Below are positions 37,678-49,046 of a stretch of 64,000 nt of DNA, in pieces; the stretch's first letter is position 1; the number at the start of each line of letters is the position of its first letter. Under the pieces are notes generated by a model. The model was not told the origin of the DNA, made no database searches, and saw only the letters and a list, made by a program, of their open reading frames with translations. A program made the position numbers and the translations under genes. Source of the DNA: Alphaproteobacteria bacterium (GTDB taxonomy: Bacteria > Pseudomonadota > Alphaproteobacteria > Rhodobacterales > Rhodobacteraceae); the NCBI GenBank assembly GCA_030432315.1, contig JAUIHM010000003.1, forward strand, positions 1,895-65,894, read 5' to 3'.

Positions 37678-39717
37678 ATGACCAGATATTTGCCAAAATT
37701 GGATCGCAGGGCCCCCAATTTCGGGAAGCCGCTGCAACATTTCACCGAAAGGGTTGAATTCCGGATGGAATTCGCAGGTTCGCTGCGTGCCCGACCGTCG
37801 GTTGAAGAAATGGCGACGGTGGTGAGCAAGTCGAGGGCGGGCGCGGCGGTGAGCGCGATCAACGCGGCAATATTCACCCTCGCCACCTGGTCGAGTCTCG
37901 GAGGTGCGTTTCAGTTCTGGTGGTGCTGCGTCGTTGTTCTGTTGAGCAGCCATGTGGCGCTTCGGTCCCGACGGGCGGAAAGCCATGTGGTGGGCAAAGT
38001 ATCGGCGAGGGCAGCGCGCCGGCTCGTCGGTTTCTCGATTCTCATGGCGGCGCCGTGGGGTCTGCTGTCGATGGTTTCGTTTGGGGTCGGGACTTCGTTC
38101 GACCGCCTCATGATACTGTGTGTCTGTACCGGGATGACGGCAGGCGCGACTTTCATTCTTTACCGGACGCTTGCCGCCTGTCTCGCTTATTATGCCACGG
38201 TGCTGGTGCCACTGTGCGCGGCCTGTCTGCTGGCTGATCCGGCGGGACTCTGGCCGGTTGCGCTCTACTCACTGGTTTTTGGCGGTTACCTCGCGTGCTT
38301 TGCAGCGAACATCGGCCTTGCGGGGCGGGAGCGGGATGCCTCCGTTGCGGCTCTGTCGTCGACGGTGGCGGAACTGGAAAAGGCGCACCAGCGCATTTCC
38401 CACCTCGCCTTTTTCGATACCGTTACCGGACTGCCGAACAGGAGCGCCTATACCGAGCGTCTTGCCCGGGAAGTTGAGACGGCCGCGGCCGGCGGCAAGG
38501 GCTTCGCGGTGCTGATGCTCGACCTGGACCGGTTCAAGACCGTGAACGACACGCTGGGCCATGATTTTGGCGACAGGCTGTTGGGACTCGTCGGCCGACG
38601 GCTGTCGGACCGGTTGCGGCCCGAAGACATGCTGGCACGGCTTGGCGGCGACGAATTTGCGATCATTGTGCCAGGCGTGGACCGCAGATCGTTCCTGCAC
38701 GACCTGGCCGCCCGGTTGATTGACGCACTTTCGGAACCGGCCTGGCTCGACGGGCGTCAGGTTTTTCCGGGCACGTCCGTCGGCATGGCCTGCTATCCGG
38801 AAAACGGCACGACGGCCGAAGACATTCTGCTCAAGGCCGACATTGCGCTGAACCGCGCCAAGGAGTTGGGCCGGGGACAGTTCGTGGTGTTTGACAATTC
38901 CCTGCGGGCGAGACTGACCGCCGAGGACTGGCTCGCCGGTGAACTCCGCCAGGCGCTGTGCCGTCAGGAAATCCGGATGCAGTATCAGCCGAAGATCGAC
39001 ATTTCGACCGGCCGGATGTTCGGTGCGGAGGCCCTCGTACGCTGGACACATGCGGAAGAAGGGCCGATCGCGCCGGACCGGTTTCTGCCGGTTGCCGCCG
39101 AACGGGGGCTGTTGCCGCAACTGACGCGCGTTGTGATCGATCAGGTCTGCCGGGACATGCTTCAGTGGCGGCGCGACGGTGTCGAGGTCGGAAAGATCGC
39201 CATCAACATTCATCCCTCCGATCTGATGGCCCCGGTCGAACTGCTGGCGAACCTCAAGAGCATCGTCAGTCGTGGCATCTGCCCGAAGGATGTGGTTCTG
39301 GAAGTGACGGAAGGGTGTTTCGTCGGCGGCGGATCCGATACGGCGCCGATCATTCTCGACGCGATCAACGACCTCGGTTTCGACATATCGCTCGACGATT
39401 TCGGTATGGGATATGCGTCGCTTTCGCATCTGCGCAAGCTGCCGGTCTCGGAAATCAAGATTGACCGCAGTTTTGTCACCGGTCTGTGCGAAAACCGCCA
39501 TGACCGGGCGATTGTCGCGGCGACGATCGAGATTGCACGGGGCATGGGACTTCGGCTTGTTGCCGAGGGGGTTGAAACCGCCGCGCAGCGGGACCTGCTG
39601 CTGGAGCTGGGCGCCGGCTTTGGTCAGGGGTATCTCTGGTCGAAATCCGTGCCGCCGGAGGAACTCGCGGTGTTTGCCGCCACCTCCGGGCAGCAACGCG
39701 GAATCTGCGGCTGCTGA
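37678..39717 (+). CDS. Membrane-bound GGDEF-EAL diguanylate cyclase/phosphodiesterase
   Basis: About 5-6 TMs, RPED I-site, GGDEF, EAL, DDFGMG, KIDRSF, EGVE; start uncertain (37660-37810). Confidence 0.92.
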   Translation: MTRYLPKLDRRAPNFGKPLQHFTERVEFRMEFAGSLRARPSVEEMATVVSKSRAGAAVSAINAAIFTLATWSSLGGAFQFWWCCVVVLLSSHVALRSRRAESHVVGKVSARAARRLVGFSILMAAPWGLLSMVSFGVGTSFDRLMILCVCTGMTAGATFILYRTLAACLAYYATVLVPLCAACLLADPAGLWPVALYSLVFGGYLACFAANIGLAGRERDASVAALSSTVAELEKAHQRISHLAFFDTVTGLPNRSAYTERLAREVETAAAGGKGFAVLMLDLDRFKTVNDTLGHDFGDRLLGLVGRRLSDRLRPEDMLARLGGDEFAIIVPGVDRRSFLHDLAARLIDALSEPAWLDGRQVFPGTSVGMACYPENGTTAEDILLKADIALNRAKELGRGQFVVFDNSLRARLTAEDWLAGELRQALCRQEIRMQYQPKIDISTGRMFGAEALVRWTHAEEGPIAPDRFLPVAAERGLLPQLTRVVIDQVCRDMLQWRRDGVEVGKIAINIHPSDLMAPVELLANLKSIVSRGICPKDVVLEVTEGCFVGGGSDTAPIILDAINDLGFDISLDDFGMGYASLSHLRKLPVSEIKIDRSFVTGLCENRHDRAIVAATIEIARGMGLRLVAEGVETAAQRDLLLELGAGFGQGYLWSKSVPPEELAVFAATSGQQRGICGC

Positions 39718-39718
39718 C

Positions 39719-39754
39719 AGGGCGGCCTTTCTGGAGGATCCGAAAGGTCGCCCC
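39719..39754. terminator. Hairpin between convergent GGDEF-EAL and ahcY
   Basis: GGGCGGCCTTTC/GAAAGGTCGCCC inverted repeat. Confidence 0.6.
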
Positions 39755-39762
39755 GTTCCCGC

Positions 39763-41154
39763 CTAGTAGCGGTAGTGCTCCGGCTTGAACGGGCCTTCCG
39801 TGGTGACGCCGATGTAGGCGGCCTGTTCGCTGGTCAGTTCGGTCAGCTTTACACCGATTTTCGCAAGGTGCAGACGGGCAACCTTTTCGTCGAGGTGCTT
39901 GGGCAGAACGTAGACCTGGTTGGAATACTGATCGCCTTTGCTCCACAGTTCGATTTGGGCCAGGACCTGGTTTGTAAACGAGGCCGACATCACGAAGGAG
40001 GGATGCCCGGTGGCGTTACCGAGGTTCAGCAGACGGCCTTCGGACAGCAGGATGATCCGGTTGCCGCCTGGCATCTCGATCATGTCCACCTGGTCCTTGA
40101 TGTTGGTCCATTTGTGGTTTTTCAGCGCCGCGACCTGAATTTCATTGTCGAAATGGCCAATGTTGCCGACGATCGCCATGTCCTTCATCTGGCGCATGTG
40201 ATCGATGGTGATGACATCCTTGTTGCCGGTGGTGGTGATGAAGATGTCTGCTTTCGAGCAGACGTCGTTCATGTCCACGACCTCGAAGCCGTCCATCGCC
40301 GCCTGAAGGGCGCAGATCGGGTCGACTTCGGTCACCTGGACGCGGGCGCCGGCGCCGCGCAGCGAGGCCGACGAGCCCTTGCCGACATCGCCGTAGCCGA
40401 GCACGACGGCGGTCTTGCCGGCCATCATCGTGTCGGTGGCGCGGCGGATGCCATCGACGAGCGATTCACGGCAGCCGTATTTGTTGTCAAATTTCGACTT
40501 GGTCACGCTGTCGTTGACGTTGATGGCCGGGAACGGCAGCAGGCCCTTTTCCATCAGGTGGTAGAGGCGGTGAACACCGGTGGTGGTTTCCTCGGAGACG
40601 CCCCTGATTGCGGCGCGCTGTTTTGCGAACCAGCCTGGTGACTGGGCGAGGCGTTTCTTTATCTGGGCAAAGAAGTAGATTTCCTCCTCGGAGCCAGGGT
40701 TCTCGATCAGGTCCGTCTCGCCTTCTTCGACCCGCGCGCCGGTGAGGATGTACATGGTTGCATCCCCGCCGTCGTCGAGGATCATGTTCACCCCTTCTTC
40801 AAACTGGAAGATCCGGTCGGTATAGGCCCAGTATTCTTCCAGGGTTTCGCCCTTGACGGCGAATACGGGAACGCCTGTGGCGGCGATTGCCGCAGCGGCG
40901 TGGTCCTGGGTCGAGAAGATGTTGCAGGAGGCCCAACGGACCTGCGCACCAAGGGCTGTCAGGGTTTCGATCAGCACGGCGGTCTGGATCGTCATGTGCA
41001 GTGAACCGGCGATGCGCGCGCCTTTGAGCGGTTTGCTGGCGCCGAATTCTTCGCGCAGTGCCATCAGGCCGGGCATCTCCGTCTCGGCAATATCAAGCTC
41101 CTTGCGCCCGTATTCGGCAAGTGCGATGTCCTTGACGTGATAGTCGTTACTCAT
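39763..41154 (-). CDS. ahcY: Adenosylhomocysteinase
   Basis: [38 protein letters not shown]. Confidence 0.98.
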   Translation of the reverse strand: MSNDYHVKDIALAEYGRKELDIAETEMPGLMALREEFGASKPLKGARIAGSLHMTIQTAVLIETLTALGAQVRWASCNIFSTQDHAAAAIAATGVPVFAVKGETLEEYWAYTDRIFQFEEGVNMILDDGGDATMYILTGARVEEGETDLIENPGSEEEIYFFAQIKKRLAQSPGWFAKQRAAIRGVSEETTTGVHRLYHLMEKGLLPFPAINVNDSVTKSKFDNKYGCRESLVDGIRRATDTMMAGKTAVVLGYGDVGKGSSASLRGAGARVQVTEVDPICALQAAMDGFEVVDMNDVCSKADIFITTTGNKDVITIDHMRQMKDMAIVGNIGHFDNEIQVAALKNHKWTNIKDQVDMIEMPGGNRIILLSEGRLLNLGNATGHPSFVMSASFTNQVLAQIELWSKGDQYSNQVYVLPKHLDEKVARLHLAKIGVKLTELTSEQAAYIGVTTEGPFKPEHYRY

Positions 41155-41285
41155 ACTCTGGTCTCCTGCCGTTACTAAAAGGACGGAATTGCCGCGCACA
41201 TACCAGTCAGGTGACTGTGTCACAACCGGCATAATTGAACAGTGGATAACGAAGCAATCGGACCGGGATCAGTGCGGGAGGCGGA

Positions 41286-42251
41286 ATGGGGATCGAACTG
41301 AGGTCAGATACCCGGGCCCGCTTTGACCGGACGGTGATGTTTGCCTGTGATGCAAACTACGCCAGGTACGCCCTGTTCGCGGCGGCCCAGATTGCCCGGC
41401 TGACACCGGGGCGGGATTTTGACATTTGTCTGTGTTGCAGCGATGCGCTGCTCGAGGTGCCGTCGGGGCTGGGCGATCTCGGCATCAGGTCATGCCAGGT
41501 GACCACCGACGGGGTGTTTTCCGGTCTGAGGCTGGATTCGCGCCGGTCTGAGGCGGTTTACCTGCGGCTGGCGCTGCCGGAGGCGCTGGGCGGAGACTAC
41601 CGGCGGATGCTCTACATGGATTCCGATGTTTACGTTCAGGGAGGAGATTTCTCCCGGCTGATGGATCTGGACATCGGCGGGCATTGCCTCGCCGCCGTGC
41701 GGGACAACCGGCAATGGCGTTCCCCTGGTCGAAGAATGACCGTGTTTGAGAAGATGGGCGTGCCGGCCGCCCGGTATTTCAACAGCGGAGTCGTTATGTT
41801 CGATGCGGTGCAGTTCAGAAAGGCCGGGATTCTGGAGCGGTGTGTGGATCTGGGCCGGCGTCAGGGTCACGCGTTTCCCGGCCACGATCAGGAACTGCTG
41901 AACGGCACGCTGCAGGGTGAGTGGGCGGAACTCAACCCGACCTGGAACTGGCAGTATACTTGGGCCTCAATGCTGTTTGAAGCGATGGAGGGGGCAAACG
42001 TGGTGCATTTCATCGGCGCAAAGAAGCCCTGGAAACACACTGGGGGCGCTTTGCCGCGCAGGTTTCGCAGGGATTACATGGCATTTCTCGGAGCGCATTT
42101 CGATCAGCAGATGCTGGAGTCCGCGGAAGGTGTGCCGCCGCATCACAACCGGCGGTATATGCGGCGGACCCTTGTCAAACATCTCTTCTCAATGGGTCGG
42201 TTCTACGACTATCTGGACCGGTTTGAGCATGATTTCACCGTTTTTCCCTGA
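41286..42251 (+). CDS. Glycosyltransferase family 8
   Basis: DANY, YMDSD, YFNSGV, DQELLN, HFIGAKKPW. Confidence 0.9.
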   Translation: MGIELRSDTRARFDRTVMFACDANYARYALFAAAQIARLTPGRDFDICLCCSDALLEVPSGLGDLGIRSCQVTTDGVFSGLRLDSRRSEAVYLRLALPEALGGDYRRMLYMDSDVYVQGGDFSRLMDLDIGGHCLAAVRDNRQWRSPGRRMTVFEKMGVPAARYFNSGVVMFDAVQFRKAGILERCVDLGRRQGHAFPGHDQELLNGTLQGEWAELNPTWNWQYTWASMLFEAMEGANVVHFIGAKKPWKHTGGALPRRFRRDYMAFLGAHFDQQMLESAEGVPPHHNRRYMRRTLVKHLFSMGRFYDYLDRFEHDFTVFP

Positions 42252-42360
42252 CGCGAAAGATGGCTGCGCGGGTTTCCCGACGCGCGATCTCGACAATTGC
42301 CGCCGCTTCGACCTAAGTTGTCCACCGACCCTGAACTGATGGAAATGACGGAGAAAAGTA

Positions 42361-42978
42361 TTGGCGGCCAGAGCATGGCAAAGGATGTTGTCTGGGCGGC
42401 GGCTCGACCTGCTGGACCCGTCGCCGCTCGATGTCGAAATCGAGGACATCGCTCATGGTCTGGCATTTCTGGCGCGGTGGAACGGTCAGACCGAAGGCGA
42501 GTTTCCCTACTCGGTTGCCGAACATTCCCTGCTGGTCGAACAGATTTTCAGCATGATCAGTCCGCAGGCTCCGGCGCGATGGCGGCTCGCCGCGCTGCTG
42601 CATGATGCGCCGGAGTACGTTATTGGGGACATGATCTCGCCGGTGAAGGCGGCGGTGGGCGTCGAATATGGCAACCTCGACTCGAGGCTGACCCAGGCAG
42701 TTCATATCCGCTTCGGTTTGCCGCCGGTTCTGCCGCGCAGTGTCAAGTCACAGATCAAGCGGGCAGACCGGATCTCCGCATGGGCCGAAGCCACGCGCAT
42801 CGCCGGGTTTTCGGTAGAGGAGGCAAACCGGTATTTCGGCACGCCACGTCTCGACTACCTCTCGGGCGTGGAAGTGAGGCTGCGCGAACCGGGAGAGGCG
42901 AAGCGGGAGTTTCTCAATCGGCATGCGCAGCTGCTGGAGCTGCCGGGCAGCGTTGCCAACGCAGGCGCGGCGGGGTGA
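42361..42978 (+). CDS. HD-domain hydrolase (YfbR-like)
   Basis: RAWQRMLSGRRLDLL, YSVAEH, LLHDAPEY. Confidence 0.9.
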   Translation: MAARAWQRMLSGRRLDLLDPSPLDVEIEDIAHGLAFLARWNGQTEGEFPYSVAEHSLLVEQIFSMISPQAPARWRLAALLHDAPEYVIGDMISPVKAAVGVEYGNLDSRLTQAVHIRFGLPPVLPRSVKSQIKRADRISAWAEATRIAGFSVEEANRYFGTPRLDYLSGVEVRLREPGEAKREFLNRHAQLLELPGSVANAGAAG

Positions 42979-43090
42979 CAGAGGGGTGCAATGTGATTGC
43001 GCTTGACGTAAGCGGGCGCCTGCACCACCTAACCTGACTGAAACGCCAGTGGCGCCGGATGCGCCGGGCAGAAACTATGGAAGGGCAGTC

Positions 43091-43990
43091 ATGGAACTGA
43101 ATCTCGCATCTGCCGGCACTGCGGACGTCATCAAGGATTCGTCCGACGCCACATTCATGGCCGACGTGGTCGAGGCGTCCCGGGAGGTTCCGGTTATCGT
43201 CGATTTCTGGGCTCCATGGTGCGGGCCCTGCAAGACCCTCGGTCCGGCACTGGAGCAGGCGGTAAAGGCGGCCAAGGGCAAGGTCCGGCTGGTCAAGGTC
43301 GATATCGACCAGAACCAGAGGATCGCCGCGCAATTGCAGGTGCAGTCGATTCCCGCCGTTTTCGGTTTCGTGAACGGCCAACCGGTTGACGGGTTCATGG
43401 GCGCGCAGCCAGGCTCGAAACTCAAGGAATTCATTGACCGGCTGATCGCCGCCGGAGGTGGCGGGGGCCTGGACGAAGCCATCGAGGCCGCGGAGGAAAT
43501 GCTGGAAGCAGGTGCCGTTGCAGATGCTATGCAGACATTTGCCGCCATTCTGGGCGAAGACGAAGGCAATGCCGCGGCACTCGCCGGAATGGCCCGGTGC
43601 CATCTCGCAGTAGACGATATCGACAAGGCGCGCGGGATTCTCGAAATGGTTCCGGTGAACCGTAAAGGGGATCCGGCGATCGTCGCGGTACAGGCACAGA
43701 TCGATCTTGCCGAAGCAGCGGCCGGTGCGGGGGATGAAAGCGAAATGCTTGCTGCGCTGGAGCGCGATCCGAACGATCACCAGGCCCGCTTCGATCTGGC
43801 AACTGCGCTGCTGGCAAAGGGACGGACCGGTGAGGCAGTTGACGCGTTGCTGGAACTGTTCCGCCGGGATCGGGAATGGAATGATGCGGCGGCCAAGGAA
43901 CAGCTGTTCAAGGTTTTTGACAGTTTGGGACCAAAGAACGAAATCGCACAGAAAGGGCGCAGGCGGCTTTCATCGATGATCTTCGTCTGA
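43091..43990 (+). CDS. Thioredoxin-TPR co-chaperone (CnoX/YbbN)
   Basis: WAPWCGPCK thioredoxin domain, TPR helices, GRRRLSSMIF C-terminus. Confidence 0.92.
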   Translation: MELNLASAGTADVIKDSSDATFMADVVEASREVPVIVDFWAPWCGPCKTLGPALEQAVKAAKGKVRLVKVDIDQNQRIAAQLQVQSIPAVFGFVNGQPVDGFMGAQPGSKLKEFIDRLIAAGGGGGLDEAIEAAEEMLEAGAVADAMQTFAAILGEDEGNAAALAGMARCHLAVDDIDKARGILEMVPVNRKGDPAIVAVQAQIDLAEAAAGAGDESEMLAALERDPNDHQARFDLATALLAKGRTGEAVDALLELFRRDREWNDAAAKEQLFKVFDSLGPKNEIAQKGRRRLSSMIFV

Positions 43991-43999
43991 GCAGGGCAT

Positions 44000-44659
44000 A
44001 TGGGAAAAACTTTCGGTCTGGCTGATCTTCCGGAAACGATTCCGGTGTTCCCGCTGCCTGGAGCGCTGCTGCTGCCGAGGGCGCAGCTTCCGCTGAACAT
44101 CTTCGAGCCGCGGTATCTTGCGCTGCTTGAAGATACGCTGAAGACCCCGGAACGGCTGATCGGAATGGTCCAGCCCGTGGTGAGCCAGAGCGAAGAGACG
44201 GGAATGCGGCTGCACGATGTCGGCTGCGCCGGCAGGGTCGTCGGAATGCAGGAAACCGAGGACGGCCGCTACCTGATTACCCTTCGGGGAGTAAGCCGCT
44301 TCCGTCTGATGGAACCGCAAAACGGGTTTCTGCCCTACATGCGCGGTCGGGTGGAATGGACACGGTTCGAACGTGACCTCGGTCGCGCGGAAACCGACGA
44401 GGAGTTTGACCGTGCGGCATTTCTCGGTGTGCTCGCGCGGTATTTCGAGGCGCAGAGGCTTTCGTCGGACTGGGGAAGCCTGAAGGAAGCGGATGAGGAA
44501 CTGCTGGTCAATTCACTCGCGATTCTCTGCCCGTTCGAGCCGGAGGAAAAGCAGGCGCTGCTCGAGGCTGGCACACTGTCGGAGCGCCGCAAGATACTGG
44601 TCACCCTGATGGAATTTGCTTTGCGCGGCGGTGGCGGCGACGACGGAAAGTTGCAGTGA
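44000..44659 (+). CDS. LON peptidase substrate-binding domain protein
   Basis: [28 protein letters not shown]. Confidence 0.92.
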   Translation: MGKTFGLADLPETIPVFPLPGALLLPRAQLPLNIFEPRYLALLEDTLKTPERLIGMVQPVVSQSEETGMRLHDVGCAGRVVGMQETEDGRYLITLRGVSRFRLMEPQNGFLPYMRGRVEWTRFERDLGRAETDEEFDRAAFLGVLARYFEAQRLSSDWGSLKEADEELLVNSLAILCPFEPEEKQALLEAGTLSERRKILVTLMEFALRGGGGDDGKLQ

Positions 44660-44871
44660 ACATGACAGGCGATGCAGCGAAATCGGACGGCCAGGCGACC
44701 ACAGTCAATCCAAGGCTGCTCGAGTTCCTTGTGTGCCCAGTGACCCGGGGCCGCCTTGAATACGACCCGGTGCGTCAGGAACTGATCTCACGGGGGGCCA
44801 ACCTGGCCTATCCGATCCACAACGGTATTCCGGTGATGCTCACAGATGAGGCACGCGTGCTTGATGACTGA
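44656..44871 (+). CDS. Trm112/YcaR family protein
   Basis: [10 protein letters not shown]...[13 protein letters not shown]. Confidence 0.92.
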   Translation: MNMTGDAAKSDGQATTVNPRLLEFLVCPVTRGRLEYDPVRQELISRGANLAYPIHNGIPVMLTDEARVLDD

Positions 44872-45094
44872 GCCCGCGCGGCGTTCGGGGAAGAACCCGG
44901 TCGTGCCGGGCAGTTCGGCATGCCCGGCGGACCGAATTTCCGGCGTGTGAAATTTCCGGCGTGTAAGGACTTCGTCCATTGTTGGATGATATCCGGTTGT
45001 CTGCCAGATCATTGAACCGGGCTGCAGGGAAGGTTCCCCTGGTTCGTTTGATCCGGCCGGGCCCGCCGGTGCGGGTCGTCTTGGACTTGAGACT

Positions 45095-46852
45095 ATGAGG
45101 GTAAACAGGTTGGCGGAACTGCCATCACTCCCGAAACCGGTCAGCCGGTGCCGTGCTTCGGGCGGTACCGGGGGGCGCTTCACATGGACGAAATGGTTTA
45201 GCGGGCTGTGCGGTCTCCTGGTTGCCGCAGCACTGTCGCTTGTCATAGTGCTCGCTACATCCGGTGAACCGAAGGCGTCGGCGGTGGAAAGCGGCCATGC
45301 GTTCGGGTGGCCGATGCCGGCGCTGGTGTCTTCCGCCACTTCGACACTGCGCTCCCTTCGGCCAATCGAAGCAGCGAGCGGCAGTACAGCCTGGTTTGAG
45401 CGCTGGACCCAGGGGTTCATGGACCGTGTCCGCGGCAACGGCAAAAGCCCGAATGCCAATCCCTATGTCGGGGCGGCCGGGTCCGCTCAGGCGGACGGAC
45501 AGGAAGTCACTCTCAAGGGCACCATCGCCACGGGGCTCGGGGATTACATGGAGCTGTCGCCGGTTGAGGTGATGATCGGCCTCGAGAGGACGGCACGGGT
45601 TCTGGCCTGTTGCGATACCATCAGGAATGAACCAGGCGTCGAGGTGGCGTTTCTTTCCCGCGCCGCGGCGGCACTGACGGAAGTGGAGTGGCGTCCCGAC
45701 TGGCGTGACAGGATCCTGCGGATGTTGGCGCTGGTTGAGGCGCGGCGGGGGAACATCAAGGTCGCAACCAGCTACATGTCGAACATTCGCAATCCGACGG
45801 AGAAGGGGATGGCCGCCTATGTGGTCGCGAGAGAGGCATACGGTTTCGGTCAGATCGACACGTTCAATGAGATGACGTCGGCGTGGCTGGCCGCTTCAGA
45901 ATCCCTGCCGGCGGAGCAGCGAAACTGGATTCGGATCGGAGTTGCCGTGCTCAATGTCCGCGTCGGGCGTCTCGAGGAGGGACAGGCGCTCGCGGAGCAG
46001 TTGTTTCGGGGCAGGGAGACGCTCCAGCCCGCACAGGTTCAGAAATATCACGAGGCTGTCGCAAAGGAGCTTGTTTTCCGCGGCAGGCCGGAAGCGGCCC
46101 TGGCGGAACTGGCAAAAGCCGGTCCGGTCAATGCCTCGGTGGTGATGGATTCACTGGTCCGGCATCTGGACGCTGGGGAACTGGCGCCGGTGTTGATGGC
46201 GGAGTTTACCCGTACGGCGGCATCGCTGAGCCCGGATCCGCAACTGCTGTTTGCCCTGTCGGAGACCCTGACGCGCATCGGTCGGATCGACGGCGTTCTG
46301 GCGGTGCACGGTCGCCGGCAGATGGTGCGCGATACGGTGGTGCTGGGAGCAGTCAGCGGTCTGCTCAAGTCCGGCCAGTGGGAAGCCGCGAGGCAGCTTG
46401 GCGTCACCGAGATCGGTTCGAAGTTCGATACGCTGTTCGACGCGCCGAATCTGTGGTTGCAGACGCAGGCGGTCGGCACCTACGCGAATGTTCATCTGAC
46501 CGCATTCGAGCAGACGGGGGACCGGCGCGAACTGGAGACCCGCCTCGCGCGTCTCGATGCGAAGTACCTTCCGCCCGCCGCCCGGCTGTCGCTCTTTTCA
46601 GAGTATTCGCGGCATAACGAAACTGAGCGGGTTGCGGCGCTGTTTGACAGCGTTCCGGAGTTGGCGGCGCTTAAGATCGAAACTGCATCCGGACGGTTTT
46701 CCGAAGCGGTTGCGGCCGTACTTGCCAAGCCGCGCGGTTTGAAGCGGGGGGTCATGCTGCTCCAGCTTGCGGAGGTGGAGGCACGGCGCCGTCAAAGCCT
46801 TGCTCCCCCGGAGGATCCGCGCTCCGTCGGCGGTCCGGTCTGGGCGCCCTGA
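45095..46852 (+). CDS. Hypothetical membrane-anchored, alpha-helical-repeat protein
   Basis: Long ORF with an N-terminal hydrophobic helix and Ala/Leu-rich helical segments; no recognised motif; start uncertain. Confidence 0.65.
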   Translation: MRVNRLAELPSLPKPVSRCRASGGTGGRFTWTKWFSGLCGLLVAAALSLVIVLATSGEPKASAVESGHAFGWPMPALVSSATSTLRSLRPIEAASGSTAWFERWTQGFMDRVRGNGKSPNANPYVGAAGSAQADGQEVTLKGTIATGLGDYMELSPVEVMIGLERTARVLACCDTIRNEPGVEVAFLSRAAAALTEVEWRPDWRDRILRMLALVEARRGNIKVATSYMSNIRNPTEKGMAAYVVAREAYGFGQIDTFNEMTSAWLAASESLPAEQRNWIRIGVAVLNVRVGRLEEGQALAEQLFRGRETLQPAQVQKYHEAVAKELVFRGRPEAALAELAKAGPVNASVVMDSLVRHLDAGELAPVLMAEFTRTAASLSPDPQLLFALSETLTRIGRIDGVLAVHGRRQMVRDTVVLGAVSGLLKSGQWEAARQLGVTEIGSKFDTLFDAPNLWLQTQAVGTYANVHLTAFEQTGDRRELETRLARLDAKYLPPAARLSLFSEYSRHNETERVAALFDSVPELAALKIETASGRFSEAVAAVLAKPRGLKRGVMLLQLAEVEARRRQSLAPPEDPRSVGGPVWAP

Positions 46853-46869
46853 CGCCGATAAAGAACGGT

Positions 46870-47457
46870 TCAGTTTTCCATGGCGATCAGTTGGTTCAGG
46901 ATCGCCTTCGCGCTTTCGCTGGTCCAGTCGGCGCCGCCCATCAGACGGGCGATTTCCTCTCCCTCGCGGTTCAGGACAAGCGTGACCGGCAACCCGGGAA
47001 CGTTCATGTCTGCGGCCACGGTACCTTTCGGATCGACGAAGACCTCGAGGTGTTCAATTCCGAGGTCGCTGTTGAAACGTTCGATTGCATCCGGATCGTT
47101 CCGTCCTGTCGCAATCGCGATGACGCTGAAGTCAGGTCCGGCCATGCTTGCCTCGAGAGCGTCCAGCGACGGTTTTTCCTGTCGGCAGGGGCCGCACCAG
47201 GTCGCCCAGAAGTTTACCAGACGAATACGACCGTTGGAGTCGGACAGTGACTGCTCGGTTCCGGAGAGATTGGAGAAGGCGACCGAACTCGCGGGAAGAG
47301 CGTCTTCATGTATTACCAGCTTACGCATTTCGCCTTCTCTCAGGGTTTCAAGCGAACTGCGCTGCTCTGCCGTGAGTGCCTCGGCGGAAGAGGGGTTTGC
47401 GAACCCGGGCAGCGCAATGTAAAGCGTCGCGACGATCAGCGTTGACAGGCGCTGCAT
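46870..47457 (-). CDS. tlpA: TlpA family thiol:disulfide interchange protein
   Basis: [16 protein letters not shown]; divergent from argH. Confidence 0.9.
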   Translation of the reverse strand: MQRLSTLIVATLYIALPGFANPSSAEALTAEQRSSLETLREGEMRKLVIHEDALPASSVAFSNLSGTEQSLSDSNGRIRLVNFWATWCGPCRQEKPSLDALEASMAGPDFSVIAIATGRNDPDAIERFNSDLGIEHLEVFVDPKGTVAADMNVPGLPVTLVLNREGEEIARLMGGADWTSESAKAILNQLIAMEN

Positions 47458-47487
47458 TTGATACTCCTGAAACCGACGGCGGACGTG

Positions 47488-48882
47488 ATGACCGAGCAAA
47501 AATCCTCTAATGCCATGTGGGGCGGCCGGTTTGCCGCCGGGCCTGACGCAATCATGGAGGCGATCAATGCTTCGATTTCTTTCGACAAGCGGTTGGCCTC
47601 TCAGGATATTGCGGCCAGTCGGGCACATGCTGCCATGCTGGCGGATACGGGCATCCTGACAGATACCGACGCCGCGGCCATTCGGGAAGGGCTGCTCACG
47701 GTGTTGTCAGAGATCGAAACCGGAGCATTTCCGTTTTCTGCTGCACTCGAAGACATTCACATGAATGTCGAAGCGCGGCTGACCGAACTGATCGGCGAGC
47801 CGGCGCGCAGGCTGCATACCGGGAGGTCGCGCAACGATCAGGTTGCCACTGATTTCCGGATGTGGGTGCGGGACCAGTGCGACGCCGCGGTTTTCGGACT
47901 GGAGGCGCTGATGAAGGCGCTGCTGGTTCAGGCTGAAGCGGGCGCGGACGCGGTCATGCCCGGCTTCACGCATCTGCAGACCGCGCAGCCGGTCACCTGG
48001 GGTCATCACATGATGGCCTATGTCGAGATGTTTGCCCGGGATCGCAGCCGTTTTGTCGATGCCCGGACTCGGATGAACGAGTGCCCGCTGGGTGCGGCAG
48101 CGCTGGCGGGAACCTCTTTCCCGATCGACAGGTATGCGAGCGCATCGGCTCTGGGATTTGACCGGCCGATGGCCAACTCGCTCGATGCGGTGTCCGATCG
48201 CGACTTTGCGCTGGAGTTCCTTTCGTCTGCCAGCATCTGCGCCACGCATCTGTCACGGTTTGCAGAAGAGATGGTGATCTGGTCGTCGGCGCAGTTTAGG
48301 TTCGTTCGGCTGAGTGACCGGTTTTCCACCGGCTCTTCGATCATGCCGCAGAAGCGCAATCCTGATGCTGCCGAACTCATTCGTGCCAAGGTGGGACGGA
48401 TAACCGGATCTCTCGTTGCCCTGTTGACAATCATGAAGGGCCTGCCGCTCGCCTATTCCAAGGATATGCAGGAGGACAAGGAGCAGGTCTTTGATGCGGC
48501 CGATACACTGATGCTGTCGCTTGCGGCGATGGAGGGCATGGTGCGGGACATGGTGCCAGGATTTGAGGTCATGCGCGGTGCGGCGTCTTCAGGCTTTTCG
48601 ACGGCGACGGATCTCGCAGACTGGCTGGTCCGCGAGCTTGGTTTGCCGTTTCGCGAAGCCCATCATGTGACCGGAAGCCTCGTCAAACTTGCAGAAACCA
48701 AAGCGTGTGACTTGCCTGACCTGAGCTTGGAGGAAATGCAGTCGGCGCATTCCGGCATCACGGAAGCAGTTTATGACGTGCTGGGAGTAGACAAGTCCGT
48801 TGCGAGTAGGGCAAGCTACGGTGGAACGGCACCCGAACAGGTAATCGTGCAAGTAAAGAGATGGCAAGATTTATTGAAGTGA
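47488..48882 (+). CDS. argH: Argininosuccinate lyase
   Basis: [26 protein letters not shown]. Confidence 0.98.
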   Translation: MTEQKSSNAMWGGRFAAGPDAIMEAINASISFDKRLASQDIAASRAHAAMLADTGILTDTDAAAIREGLLTVLSEIETGAFPFSAALEDIHMNVEARLTELIGEPARRLHTGRSRNDQVATDFRMWVRDQCDAAVFGLEALMKALLVQAEAGADAVMPGFTHLQTAQPVTWGHHMMAYVEMFARDRSRFVDARTRMNECPLGAAALAGTSFPIDRYASASALGFDRPMANSLDAVSDRDFALEFLSSASICATHLSRFAEEMVIWSSAQFRFVRLSDRFSTGSSIMPQKRNPDAAELIRAKVGRITGSLVALLTIMKGLPLAYSKDMQEDKEQVFDAADTLMLSLAAMEGMVRDMVPGFEVMRGAASSGFSTATDLADWLVRELGLPFREAHHVTGSLVKLAETKACDLPDLSLEEMQSAHSGITEAVYDVLGVDKSVASRASYGGTAPEQVIVQVKRWQDLLK

Positions 48883-49046
48883 TGCCATCCAGGGGCAATC
48901 TTGTTGCGTTTCTTGTCGCGCTGTTTGTAACCGGCGGTTGCGGGCTGAAAGGGGATCCTCAAAGCCCACAACCGGATAACAGCAACGGGGAGGCGCGGTT
49001 TTCGGTCGGAATGGATGCCGAGCCGGAGTCCCAAGAGGAATTATGA
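48882..49046 (+). CDS. Small lipoprotein, LptM/YifL-like
   Basis: Lipobox followed by CGLKG-P; position between argH and lysA. Confidence 0.75.
   Translation: MPSRGNLVAFLVALFVTGGCGLKGDPQSPQPDNSNGEARFSVGMDAEPESQEEL

Noticed and set aside
41155-41285. SAH or SAM-SAH riboswitch upstream of ahcY
   Set aside because: Conserved aptamer motifs are not found on the ahcY strand; GTCACAAC on the opposite strand lacks the rest of the SAM-SAH consensus
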